Part shown: piece after piece, positions 14,065 through 26,520 of the stretch
Layout: each line of letters begins with the position of its first letter
How positions within the stretch are numbered: the stretch's first letter is position 1
NCBI GenBank assembly: GCA_964016885.1
Contig: OZ024752.1
Span: 13,640,001 to 13,704,000, forward strand
Reading direction: 5' to 3'
Length of the DNA: 64,000 nt
Origin: Eledone cirrhosa
Taxonomy: Eukaryota
Program-made: the position numbers and the translations under genes
Notes under the pieces: generated by a model
What the model saw: the letters and a program-made list of their open reading frames with translations, nothing else
The model's database searches: none
Told to the model about the DNA's origin: nothing

Positions 14065-14463
14065 AATAAACGTGCTGCAGAGGTGCAAATGGGTTACCTA
14101 TGAATAAAGTGGTCCTTCATCAGTGATCTTCCAACCATCATCGGTATTTCTTCGCTTTAAAGACCATATACCTCCGGTTGGTGCGAGCAACGGCTAAAGA
14201 AAGTCGTTGGGACATGTAAATAAAGGGAACAGCGAGAGTGTAAACAAACAAAGATGGTGAAGCAACGAAAAGTGAGGAAGAGCGAGTCAAGTCCAAACAT
14301 TTCCATGAATATAAGTTCGGTGAAATCGTGAACGAGAGAGAATAAAGACCATCAAACCTGGTTGAAATGTGAGCAAGGAAGGAATTTCGCACAGGTCTAA
14401 CGGGAGGAAGAAGGGGTCTAGTCTGTGAATTCGGTAGACGAGAGAGAGAAAAATGCCGACCGG
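14065..14463 (-). mobile_element. (TA)n-flanked non-coding element (family P) carrying permuted hammerhead-like motif at 14117-14181
   Basis: Reverse-complement homolog of 36870-37270. See findings. Confidence 0.7.
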
Positions 14464-15094
<631 letters not shown>

Positions 15095-16885
15095 ACGTAT
15101 AGGAAAAAGTATGACCCCGACGGCAGAGCTCAAGCCGATTCGACGGCTATTTCTGGACTAAATTAGAATTTTTAGCCTGGTGAATAAATAGCCGAACTTG
15201 TCAAGGGGGTACTTCCTTATATGGGAAGATTGTAGTTGTCAAGAGGATTGGTTAAAAGATGATTTGTTGTAAACGCAAATAAGTCTACCATGGCATTTGG
15301 TCGGAGGTAGGGGTGGCTGAACTTGCATGTAGAACAATAGGGGAGTGAGTGGTGCCGGTCAAGCGTTGAAAAGTGATATGTATACAGCAGATTCTAAGGA
15401 TAGAGTATGAAATGGAAAGGGAGGTTATAGAATAGGTAAATCGAATGAGAGTAGGAGACAATAAAATAGAAATTGAGTAGTACCAGAACTGATACAAAAT
15501 TAAAGGGGTTTAACACATCTGCTATAAGTAGTTAGTAAAACGTATTCGGCCAATTCTATCTTAAAGTTACAGGGGTGGGGGAACTGATGCTACAGAGGCC
15601 CGATGGGCTGCATCGGGGTAGGCGAAAGGGGAAAAGCAGACGAGGAAGAAAATAGGGGTGGAAGGAAGTGATAGGATGAGACAGGGGGAAGAAGACAAAG
15701 AGGAAAAGAAAAGAAAAGAGATACATCTACTTAAGTAAGCTGGGGTTTCCCTAACTTATTTGGCAAGTGAGGGGGGGGATATCAGCCCTTGTCTACCCAC
15801 CCTGGTCGTTATGAAGTTTGAGGGCGAGGTACGTCCTACGCAATCTGTGTTTGCATGCGGTTACCAGTTCGTCTTTCTTGTTTAGGAGTTGGTCTTTCGA
15901 AAAATCATTTGTAATGTTTCCCCCGAGCATAAGTTACACGGACGGCGTCCTCCCTAGACATAAGTGGAGAGCCAACCAGGAGGTGTAACTGCCCTGACAG
16001 ATCTACGTGCCCCATCAACAACAAATGCCGAGAACGTAACGTGAGCTACCAGTGCAACGTGAGGACGGAAACCTCCAATCAAGCTTATATAGGATTAACC
16101 GCGCGTGACTTCAAGACCCGGCTCTACCAACACCGATATACTTTCCGAAACCCGGTCCAGCGACACGCCACTACACTTTCGGGCCACATCTGGGACCTCC
16201 AAGATAATATTCAGTAAGCTCCTACATTCTCACTTGGAGCTTACTGTCCAGAGCTAACTCTTACACGGGAGGACGCCGTCCGTGTAACTTATGCTCGGAG
16301 GAAACATTACAAATGCTGTTTTCGAAGGACCAACTCCTAAACAAGAAAGACGAACTGGTAACCGCATGCAAACACAGATTGTGTAGGACTTACCTCGCCC
16401 TCAAACTCCATAATGACCCGGGTGGGTAGACAAGCGCTGATACCCCCCCCCCCCTACTTGCCGAATAAGTTAGGGGAAACTCCAGCTTACTTAAGTAGAT
16501 GTATCTCTTTTCTTTTCTTCTTTGTCTTCTTCTTCCCCCGTCTCATCCTATCACTTCCTTCCACCCCCTATTTTCTTCCTCGTCTGCTTTTCCCCTTTCG
16601 CCTACCCCGATGCAGCCCATCGGGCCTCTGTAGCATCAGTTCCCCCACCCCTGTAATTTTAAGATAGAATTGGCCGAATACGTTTTACTAACTACTTATA
16701 GCAGATGTGTTAAACCCCTTTAATTTTGTATCAGTTCTGGTACTTCTCAATTTCTATTTTATTGTCTCCTACTCTCATTCGATTTACCTATTCTATAACC
16801 TCCCTCCTCCACTTCATACTCTATCCTTAGAATCTGCTGTATACATATCACTTTTCAACGCTTGACCGGCTCCACTCACTCACTA
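15095..16885 (+). mobile_element. Penelope-like element 3' fragment (GIY-YIG endonuclease) with inverted pseudo-LTR
   Basis: ~15981-16410 translates RCNCPDRSTCPINNKCRERNVSYQCNV...YIGLTARDFKTRLYQH...HIWDL / CNLCSEE...LLNKKDELVTACKH. 15344-15953 is the reverse complement of 16267-16880. Confidence 0.9.
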
Positions 16886-16907
16886 TGTATATATATATAT
16901 GTATGTA

Positions 16908-17032
<125 letters not shown>

Positions 17033-17072
17033 GAATGAATATATATATATCATATATATATCATATATTTAT

Positions 17073-17396
17073 GTCAGGTCACCAGTTGTTGCTACTGGTA
17101 ACATGTATTCCAGTACAACCTCTCCCATGGTCGGGTCGTTGGCGACTAAACTGGCAACCCAACCAAGGTTTCTTGGTGAGGAGGGTGACTTTGGACATCA
17201 TACAGGACTAAAAACAAAACCTGTCAAAGGGCAAATGAGCTCTTAAGAGTCAATGGCCATCCAAAATCACCGGGAGAGATGACCCCTTAGCCTTTGTCAA
17301 GGCAGAATTCTAGGAGAAGGAAAACTCTGATATAACACCTGCAACCCTGATGGTATCCAATGATGTTGACTTGTTCTTCTTTTTGGTAAATATCAT
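17073..17396 (+). mobile_element. non-autonomous RTE-derived element, 5' part
   Basis: Matches 3304-3625 and ends in an A-run. Confidence 0.85.
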
Positions 17397-17905
17397 AAAA
17401 AAAAAAATATAAGACAAAGCAAAGCGTGGATGCATCTAAGCGCAAGCAGTGCAAAATGAGGTGTACAGGCAGATCAAGAGAGTTTGCAAGCATGAGTCTG
17501 TGAAAAGAATTGTTGGTTAACAGTAATGCAGCCTTATATGTATGACAGTTCATATGAGTGATGGTGTACTCCAAGTATAACTCCATATATATATATATAT
17601 GGAGTTCCGTAAGTACTATCGATAACTCACTATATCGATATATCATGATTATTCAGGCTTCTGAAACGATCGTAAAACAATGAACTAAATCAGACCTTCT
17701 CTTTTCATTGTTCAACACACACACACACACACCCACACATATATATATGTATATACGTAAGTTCTGGATTCAATCGGGGGTAACCACAGCTAGTAAGGTA
17801 CTCAATACCTGAGTAGAGTGTAAACAACATGTTTATTATAGAAATGGTTTCTACAGGACTAGAACTGTTTCACTCAAAAGAAATACGCAGTAAAGAAGTC
17901 ATCAG

Positions 17906-17954
17906 GGCTTTCCTGATGATTTCTTTTGAATGAAACAGTTCTAGTCCCGTAGAA

Positions 17955-17957
<3 letters not shown>
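17906..17957 (+). ncRNA. type I hammerhead-like motif (family H2)
   Basis: ggctttc-CTGATGA-tttcttttgaat-GAAA-cagttcta-GTC-ccgta-gaagcc. The outer stem covaries with the copy at 41851 (gattc/gaatc), and an inverted partial copy lies immediately upstream. Confidence 0.6.
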
Positions 17958-17998
<41 letters not shown>

Positions 17999-18238
17999 TA
18001 TATAATAAAGAATCAGGACAACGACTGCTAGCTCTCTCATACACACACACATATATATATAGTAATAATAATAAATGTGAAGACTAAAATCCAAAGAGGG
18101 CTCGATAAGGATAAATATATATCAAATATATAAGAACCCTAGAGCAAATATCTATTAAAATAACAGATAAAGTTTAAGCAATGAATCACTGCTTTCACCC
18201 TTAACGGGATCTTCTGCTTAAACTTTATCTGTTATATA

Positions 18239-18317
<79 letters not shown>

Positions 18318-18575
18318 ATACAAATAGTTAGCACCCCGAACGTTTAATTAGGAATATACTCAGGTATTTCCTAATGTTTGTTGAGTGAGCTGGAATTTGA
18401 CCGGAGTATCGCTTTTAGCTTTCTCCGACTATATATATATATATATAATAAAGATGAAACAAAAGATGGTTATAAGAGTTCCATGCCCCAGTTCTACCCA
18501 TTGTCGAGTGTTACTTTTCTGATATATGCATCGTTTTATTGTTCTATATTACTCACCTTATCTCACTCTCTCTCA

Positions 18576-18679
<104 letters not shown>

Positions 18680-19155
18680 TAAGAGCTCAGCAAATGTACC
18701 AAATGGCCAGCCTTTTAGCTAGCTTGCACTAATACCTTCTAACATTTTACACCCACTTCTGAGAAAATATTACAAAGTGAATAGAAACATGAAAACATGC
18801 AGACGAACACAAAGCTACTCATAAAGATTACATAACACAATGACATGCACCCTAACACACAGAGGAACAACATTGCTGCCTCAACAACGGTAGTGAGGTC
18901 AACACACACTATATTATATTCTTAGATACCTATGTTATTTCTGTAATGTAGGGAATTAATAGAAAACATTTAAACCTGCAACGTACGTACGTACGTACGT
19001 GTGTATGTATGTATGTATGTATGTATGTATGTATGTATGTATGTATGTATGTATGTATGTATGTATGTATGTATGTATGTATGTATGTATGTATGTATGT
19101 ATGTATGTATGTACGTACGTACGTATGTGTGTATGTATGTATGTATGTATCTTAT

Positions 19156-19695
19156 GTCAGGCCGTTCTCGAATGTTACTGGTAACATGTAACCTAGTACA
19201 ACCTGTCTCATGGTCGGGTCGTGGGCGACTAAACCGGCAACCTCACTAAGCTAGCTTGGTGAGGAGGGTGACATTTGGACATTCTGCGGGATGAAATACA
19301 AAACCCGGCAAAGGGCAAAGGAACTCAGTAGAGTCAACGACCATCCAAGTAGTTTTTTTTTGTTTTTGTTTTCTTTTAACCTGGGAGTGAAAGGTCCCCT
19401 AGTTATTATGACAATACCTTTCTAGGAGAGGGAAACTAAAAAAAAAAAAAAGCTGCGGCTTCGGAAGCATCCGATGATGTTGACCAGTTCTTCTTTTCGG
19501 GTAGTGTTTTCGATGCTCAAAGAGTGGGATTGGTCGAGTGCAAGGCCTTTCCCTACTTAAAAAACCTTCAAAGCACTGGCATTGCTTGTTCTGGATATGT
19601 TACAGGTTCGTGTGGCTAGCCGTAGCCTAAAAGTGCACCATTTTCTGTAACCTGACAAACGATTGCAACACTCTTAGCAGAGTTTGCAGCCATCA
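19156..19695 (+). mobile_element. non-autonomous RTE-derived element, diverged subfamily
   Basis: gtcagg...ctggtaacatgtaacc...gcagccatca, between (TATG)n arrays. Confidence 0.8.
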
Positions 19696-19697
19696 TG

Positions 19698-19729
<32 letters not shown>

Positions 19730-19755
19730 TGTATGTATGTATGTATGTATGTATG

Positions 19756-20304
19756 TTTTCTCTTTCTCTTAATTTCGAGTATATTTTTTTGACCGCCCAC
19801 CTTCCTGGTGGCAAGGTTGTAAAAGAAAAGAAATTGTCATCCCTTGAATCGCAAGAATGTTTTGCAAATTGTGAAGGTGTCAGCTATCGCAGCCATTTGT
19901 AAACTATGAATTAGGGAGCTGCGCTCTTTGTCCGCAAATCCAAGTTCAGTCATACTTTGGTCCAAGCGGGTTGGTATATAACCCGTAGCTCCAATAATGA
20001 TGGGTATGAAGCTAAAGGTGTATCTTGGATACTGGATTTGTAAACTCCTCATCAATGGTCCGTAGATGTCCTCCTTCTCCTGTATTTTTCTGACAACGTT
20101 TACATCAAGTGGGCAGCTGATCTCCACAACAGAACACGTTTTCAATGTGTGGTCCCAAACTACAATATCAGGCCGGTTGTGCTTTAATTTGGTGGCAGTT
20201 TTTATTTTCAGGTTCCACCAGTATTCCTTATTGCCATCTGTCTCAATATATTCTTCCTCGTTTGTTGTTAATTTTGTTTTCCGAAGTGCGTTCCAGATGG
20301 TTCT
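19756..20304 (-). mobile_element. R4/Dong-clade LINE 3' fragment (restriction-like endonuclease)
   Basis: ORF 19837-20412 contains HNRPDIVVWD...VVEISCPLD...KEDIY...IPIIIGATG (PD..E..K). Flanked by (TATG)n. Confidence 0.88.
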
Positions 20305-20471
20305 ATGTATGTATGTATGTATGTATGTATGTATGTATGTATGTATGTATGTATGTATGTATGTATGTATGTATGTATGTATGTATGTATGTATCTGTAT
20401 TTCTGTATGCATGTATGTATGTATCTCTATTTCCGTATGTATATATGTATGTCAGGTCGCTATTCAGTGCT

Positions 20472-21841
20472 ACTTTTTCAGGCTTATGGTAAGTCCCAAT
20501 GCAGTACACGCATTATGGTACATATGTTCGCTATCGATCAACTGTAAAGCTGTTTAATATCAGGAGGTTCAATGCTAAGTCAAAGGTTCACTTGTCACTA
20601 ATCAGGGATTTGCTTTATGCAGATGACTGTGACCTGGTAGCGCACACGGAGATTGATATGCAGCATCTCATGGATGCATTTTCTAACGCGTGTACTGCAT
20701 TGGGACTTACCTGAAAAAGACAGTAGCCATGTACCACGTGGGAAGCGATGTTGTGAGCCCAACATCTTGGTTTATGGTGAAAGGTTAAGGGTCGTTGGCA
20801 GTTTTGTATATCTTGGAAGCACTCTGAGTATGTCCTGCGATCTTGATGGGGAAATATCAAACAGGATACAGAAAGCCAGTGATGCTTTTGGAAAACTGAA
20901 CAAGCGTCTCTGGTCTCAACACGGAATTTCAGTAAAGACAAAGCTCAAAGTGTATCATGAGTGTGTGCTCGCGGCACTTCTTTATGCTTGTGAGACGTGG
21001 GTGGTCTACTGTAGACAGATGAAACTACTTGAGAGGTTCCATCAGTACTGCTTACGTCGGATACTCGGCATAACTTGGCAAATGTTTGTCAGTGACGTCG
21101 AGTTTCTGGACAGAAGTGGCTGTGATAGTGTCGAGTCCTTGATTTTGAAACATCAGCTGCGCTGGACAGGCCATCTTGTAAGAATGAATGAGAAGCGAAT
21201 GCCGATGCAGCTGCTTTATGGCGAGCTCCAAATGGGAAAAAGGAACGCGAGCAAACCCAAGATGAGTTTTAAGGACTGCATCAAGGGGGCACTCAAGAAA
21301 AGTAACACCACTTGTAAGCACTGGGAAGCATGCGCTAGCGACCGATCGCATTGGAGGAAAGCAGTGACTAGTGGCAAGAGTCTATTTGAGGAAACTAGAA
21401 GAAGGCACGCGACACTAAAAAGAGATGTCTGGAAAGGAATCCATGTTGGCCTTCCCGAAGGCACTGACAGACGGCCTGACCTGACATGTGAGACCTGTAA
21501 TAGGGTTTGTCTGAGCATGGCAGGTCTAAAGAGTCACCTGAGAATGCACAAGAACAGGGAATCAGGCATCTGTGGAGCTATAAGTGTTCATTAGACGACG
21601 ACATGTGATGTTTGTGGAAGGCTATGCAGGTCGAGTAGTGATCTCACACGACACTTTGGGTCACATGGTGCCATGGACCCAGCACTAGGTGTCAATAATT
21701 GTCACAAGTGTAGTGTTTGTACCAGAGTTTTCAAGTCGCTGGCTGGACTAAAAAGTCACACTCGTTCAGCGCATCGGTAGGGGTTCTCCTACATGGATAT
21801 AAAGAAGTGGCCGTACTCGAAAACGAGTTGGCAGCCACCAT
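20472..21841 (+). mobile_element. 5'-truncated RTE-clade LINE (RT plus three C2H2 zinc fingers), frameshifted
   Basis: LLYADDCDL, FVYLGSTL, LLYACETW, QLRWTGHLVRM. Zinc fingers CETCNRVCLSMAGLKSHLRMH, CDVCGRLC...RHFGSH and [22 protein letters not shown]. (TATG)n tail. Confidence 0.92.
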
Positions 21842-21850
21842 GTGTGTATG

Positions 21851-21880
<30 letters not shown>

Positions 21881-21881
<1 letters not shown>

Positions 21882-23062
21882 TCTCTTTCTCTTAATTTCG
21901 AGTATATTTTTTTGACCGCCCACCTTCCTGGTGGCAAGGTTGTAAAAGAAAAGATATTGTCATCCCTTGAATCGCAAGAATGTTTTGCAAATTTTGAAGG
22001 TGTCAGCTATCGCAGCCATTTGTAGTCTATGAATTAGGGAGCTGCGCTCTTTGTCCGCAAATCCAAGTTCAGTCATACTTTGGTCCAAACGGATTGGTAT
22101 ATAACCCGTAGCTCCAATAATGATGGGTATGAAGCTAAAGGTGTATCTTGGATACTGGATTTGTAAACTCCTCATCAATGGTCCGTAGATGTCCTCTTTC
22201 TGTATTTTTCTGACACCGTTTACATCAAGTGGGCAGCTGATCTCCACAACACAAAACGTTTTCAATATTAGGCCGGTTGTGCTTTAATTTGGTGGCAGTT
22301 TTTATTTTCAGGTTCCACCAGTATTCCTTAGTGCCATCTGTCTCAATATATTCTTCCTCGTTTGTTGTTAATTTTGTTTTCCGAAGTGCGTTCCAGATGG
22401 TTCTAGCTATCCCATCGTATCTCATGGGGAGGTAGTAGCGAGATGACATTTTCATGCTGATAAATCTGGGCAAGATGGTTGCCAACCTTTTTCCTTTGTT
22501 GAAGGTGTTGCTTCAGTGTTACTATCCGGGTCTCATATGATGTTAATATGGATTTTAGACCCCGGCCACCTTCCTTGCGTTAGAAGTATAGCCTATCCAC
22601 ATCACCATTGATGTTAAAGTTCCCAGTAACACAGAGAAGTTTGCGAGTTCTAACATCCATCTCACTTAGTTCTTGCAATGACCAGTTCAGCAGGCCAAAT
22701 GTTGGCGTTAGAATTGGCACAGCATAAGTATTGTGGGCAATGTATTTGTTGTACGTTGACAATTCTGATGACCATATTTTCTTTACTCTTCTGATGTATT
22801 CAGTTCTGGTTCTCTCCTTATTTATGGGTCCATAATATCTGACATTCTCATCCTGTCCAAGATATCTGTAGTTGTCACCTGACTGTAGAGGTTGTATTGT
22901 CAGGCCGTTCATCTCTAGATTTCTAGAGGAGGGCACAGCTCTTCCACGTTTTACTGCCAAATATGCACACTTGGACTCACCAAATTTCATTTTGATGTCT
23001 GTTGAAAATTGTGTAATGAGGTCCAATTGTTTCTTGACGTCATTGATATTTGGCCCATACAA
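21881..23062 (-). mobile_element. R4/Dong-clade LINE fragment (RT thumb + RLE, internally deleted)
   Basis: IKMKFGESKCAYL, YRYLGQ and AVPILTPTFGLLNWS. The 3' ~520 bp are nearly identical to 19756-20304. Flanked by (TATG)n. Confidence 0.88.
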
Positions 23063-23183
23063 TGTATGTATGTATGTATGTATGTATGTATGTATGTATG
23101 TATGTATGTATGTATGTATGTATGTATCTGTATTTCTGTATGCATGTATGTATGTATTTGTATTTCTGTATGTATATATGTAT

Positions 23184-23710
23184 GTCAGGTCGCTATTCAG
23201 CGCTGCTGGTAACATGTAACCCAGTACAACCTGTACAAACCGGCAACCCAACCAAGCTTTCTTGGTGAGGAGGTAGATTTTGGACACCCTACGGAATGAA
23301 AAACTACACCCGACAAAGGGCGGAGGAACTCAGGAGAGTCAACGGTCATCCAATAAAGTTGTTTTTTTTTGTGGAGCGAGAGACTCTTAGACTTCATTAA
23401 GACATTACTCTAGTAGAAGGTCACTCTCATATAAAACCTGCGACTTCATTTGCATCCAATGATGTAGACCAGTTCTACGTTTTGGGTAAAAGCATTCGAT
23501 GTTCGGAGAGTGGGATTGGCTCCGTTCAATGCCTTTCCTCACTTAAAAAAAAGCTTCAAGCACAGGTACCCCTTGACATGTGACATTGTTTGCGATGCAT
23601 GTCATGGCTGGCAATAGTTGAGTCCCTAACAGGACTCAAGAGTCTTATCAGTGATGCTCATGCTTAAGTATCAAGCGATGTCATTACTTGAAATCAAGTT
23701 GCAGCCATCA
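23184..23710 (+). mobile_element. non-autonomous RTE-derived element, diverged
   Basis: Same head and gttgcagccatca(tgta)n end as the other copies. Confidence 0.8.
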
Positions 23711-23837
23711 TGTATGTATGTATCGGTTTGTCTCTATCTATCTTTCTGTGCTTAGGCCATTGTGATCGTCTTCCCCTCTTGTCATCCCACCTACTAACTA
23801 GAGAAATCATTGAATATTCTTCCTAAAGTCTAAAGTC

Positions 23838-24107
23838 TGTCTCGAGTCCCGAGGCTCATCAGTTCGATGCTTATCCCGGTTTCCGTGGCCTAAAGCGACT
23901 GAGAGTACAAGACATCCCCACAGGGAAGGACACCAGTCCATTGTAGGGTTGAATCCCCAGCTATTGTTGGTACTAATCTTCAGCTGAGTGTACTGGAGCA
24001 ACGTGGAAATAAGTGTTTTGATCAAAAACAAAACTCGGCCCAGGAACCCGACCTACGACATTATGATCGTAAGTCCGAGCCCTTTACCACTAGGTCACAC
24101 GTCTCCA
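23838..24107 (-). mobile_element. SINE family B-related element
   Basis: cagctgagtgtactggagcaacgtggaaataagtg core plus tRNA-like head on the minus strand. Confidence 0.7.
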
Positions 24108-24272
24108 TTAATATACTTAAACAATTATAATTTTCTTTCATGCACCGACCAGTGCCGCCTGGAAGCCCTTCAGATTTCCGGACCCGGGTCCCCACAAAAA
24201 TACATAATTGTTCAGTGACTCACTCTTAAAGATATATATATATATATATATAAATTTTTTGCTCTGAATATA

Positions 24273-24490
24273 ATGGTTTCTTATATAGGCACAAGGCCAG
24301 CAATTTAGGGGGAGGGAACAGTTGATTAAATAGACCCCAGTGCGTGACTGGTACTTTATTTTATCTACCCCGTAAGGATGAAAGGCAAAGTTAACTTCGG
24401 CAGGATTTGAACTCAGATCATAAAGGGGCGTAACTCTGTGCTGCAAAGCATGGCGTCCGACCCTCTACCGATACTGCCAATCCACCACCC
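24273..24490 (-). mobile_element. SINE family A, full length
   Basis: Head, body and tail all present. Confidence 0.9.
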
Positions 24491-24571
24491 TTACATGGCT
24501 GAACATAATAAATGTAATCTGAGTTTTTCGAATATTAATAATAATATTCGATTCGTTGGCAGGTGAACAGT

Positions 24572-24621
24572 GAACTGTACTGATGAAGGATGATACCCAG
24601 AAAGATTAGTGTCTGCAGCTC
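24572..24621 (+). ncRNA. type I hammerhead-like motif
   Basis: ctgta-CTGATGA-aggatgataccca-GAAA-gattagt-GTC-tgcag. It lies between inverted repeats ~24519-24561 and ~24703-24745. Stems II and III are weak. Confidence 0.5.
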
Positions 24622-24776
24622 TGTTTACATGCTAACACAAGAGCAAGAATGAGGGGTTCATTCTACTGATATGTCTTTAAAAATGAGGCTTGTTTGCATA
24701 ATTGCAAACGAATTGAATATTATTATTAATATTCGAAAAACTCAGTGTATATATATATATATATAAATATATATAT

Positions 24777-25286
24777 ATGATGCGTATGAAGGATGACAGC
24801 TGCATAAAAAGGTGCAGAGCACTAGAAGTCGATGGAAACCGCGGAGTGGGGAGACCCAAGATGACCTGGGATGAGGTGATAAAAGCCGACTTTACCCAAT
24901 TACACCTCTCAAAGGCGATGACATACGACCGTGACCTCTGGCGTCACGCAGTAATACAGAGTACCCGACCTCCGATGGGTACAAGCTGAAGCATATAGAC
25001 AATATGCCCCCACACCCCTCACCGCAAGGTGGTCGTGGAGGTGCCACGGCAAAAAAACACCCAGCCGACACTGTAAAGTGGACGTGTAGGCGCTACGAAA
25101 AAGCACCCACCACTCACTGTAAATGACGTTGGTGTTAGGAAGGACATCCAGCTGTAGAAATCAGTTCCTGTATGAGCAAGGCATGGTCAGCCGACCAGAC
25201 ACTGCCCACAACAGGACAACCCGTCTAACCCATGCTAGCGTGGAAGAACGGACGTAAAACGGTGATGATGATGATGATGATGATGA

Positions 25287-25290
<4 letters not shown>
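24777..25290 (+). mobile_element. RTE-clade LINE 3' end / SINE-like tail with (GAT)n
   Basis: MRMKDDSCIKRC...GRPKMTWDEVIKAD...DRDLWR. The 3' tail cccatgctagcgtggaag...gatgatgat is shared with 54705-54860. Confidence 0.8.
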
Positions 25291-25362
<72 letters not shown>

Positions 25363-25700
25363 CCTGTTGACGAAGTGGCAGTCTTGTTCGATCATTACAC
25401 CAAAAGCTTAATATGGAAGCAGGCAGTATAATTGATTTAAGTGTCGCAGAAACCCTTTACTGGATTATATCATCAATTCCAGGGGTCCAGGTAAATATTC
25501 TTTTGTTTGACCTGTTTGGCTTGCTTCGTTTTTTTTGCTTAGGTGGCTGATGGCTTCTTGATCGCCATTCTCGGTTTGTTTGGACTTTATAACCTATGCT
25601 TATTGCTCTGGTCTTTTTTTAGTCCATGGAGCGCTTGCCGCATAACTCGGATATTGCGTTTCGCTTTGTTTTCGACCACTGCCGAAATTCGATCTCGCTG

Positions 25701-25782
<82 letters not shown>

Positions 25783-25786
<4 letters not shown>

Positions 25787-26520
25787 AATCTTAGACGGGA
25801 ATAAAAATAGAGAGGCAGTACAAATATGAGTTTATTAGGTTCACGCTTATGAGAGGGGGGGGGGGGGCGTTTCGGGCATAAGCCCTTCATCAGGAGAAAA
25901 GTGGGTAGGAAGAGAGTAGAGTGTTCCGAGGGTGTGTGGGGGAAAGACATTTAGAAAGGGGGGGGGGGAGAAAAGGGGGGAAAAACGATTTTAGAAGTAC
26001 AAATGAAAATAAAAATAAACATAAATATAAACAAGTGGTGGAAGGGTGTGAGGCGTGTAGGTGTGGTGGTGGGTGGAGTTGGGAGAAGGAAGCGGGGGTC
26101 CGAGCGGGGACGGCTGAAGGTCGTGTTTGTGTATGTGTGTAGGTGTACGTGAGTGTGTGTGTGCGCGTGTGTATGTGAATGTGAGAGTTGGGGGAAGAAA
26201 GAGGTGCCATGTTCAGGAAAAAGGGGAACCGGTGTGTGTATGTGTGTGGATGTAGAAGGGTCAGAAGGGTGGGGGAGGGAGGCATGTGGATTCCGCAGGC
26301 TGATTGTGTTTGTTCGTGCGTTTGTTCGAAGGCTAAAGGAATAGGGGTGGGGAATTCAGGCCGGGGGATGTGTGGGTCTGTAGAGTGAAGATGGTGTGTT
26401 GTTCGACCATGAGGCGGGTGGTGGGTGTTCCATGGCTTTGGAGCAGGCCACAGACTGTGAGGTGGTGGGCGGAATGTCCAGAGGAGCCAAAGTGGCGGGC
26501 GATGGTGGAACTCCCGCCAT
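25783..26520 (-). mobile_element. Penelope-like element 3' end (GIY-YIG C-terminus + pLTR with hammerhead core at 25867-25897)
   Basis: ARHFGSSGHS...VCGLL...EQHTIFTLQTHTSPGLN. Reverse complement CTGATGA-agggc-ttat-gccc-GAAAc. TA-flanked. Confidence 0.8.
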
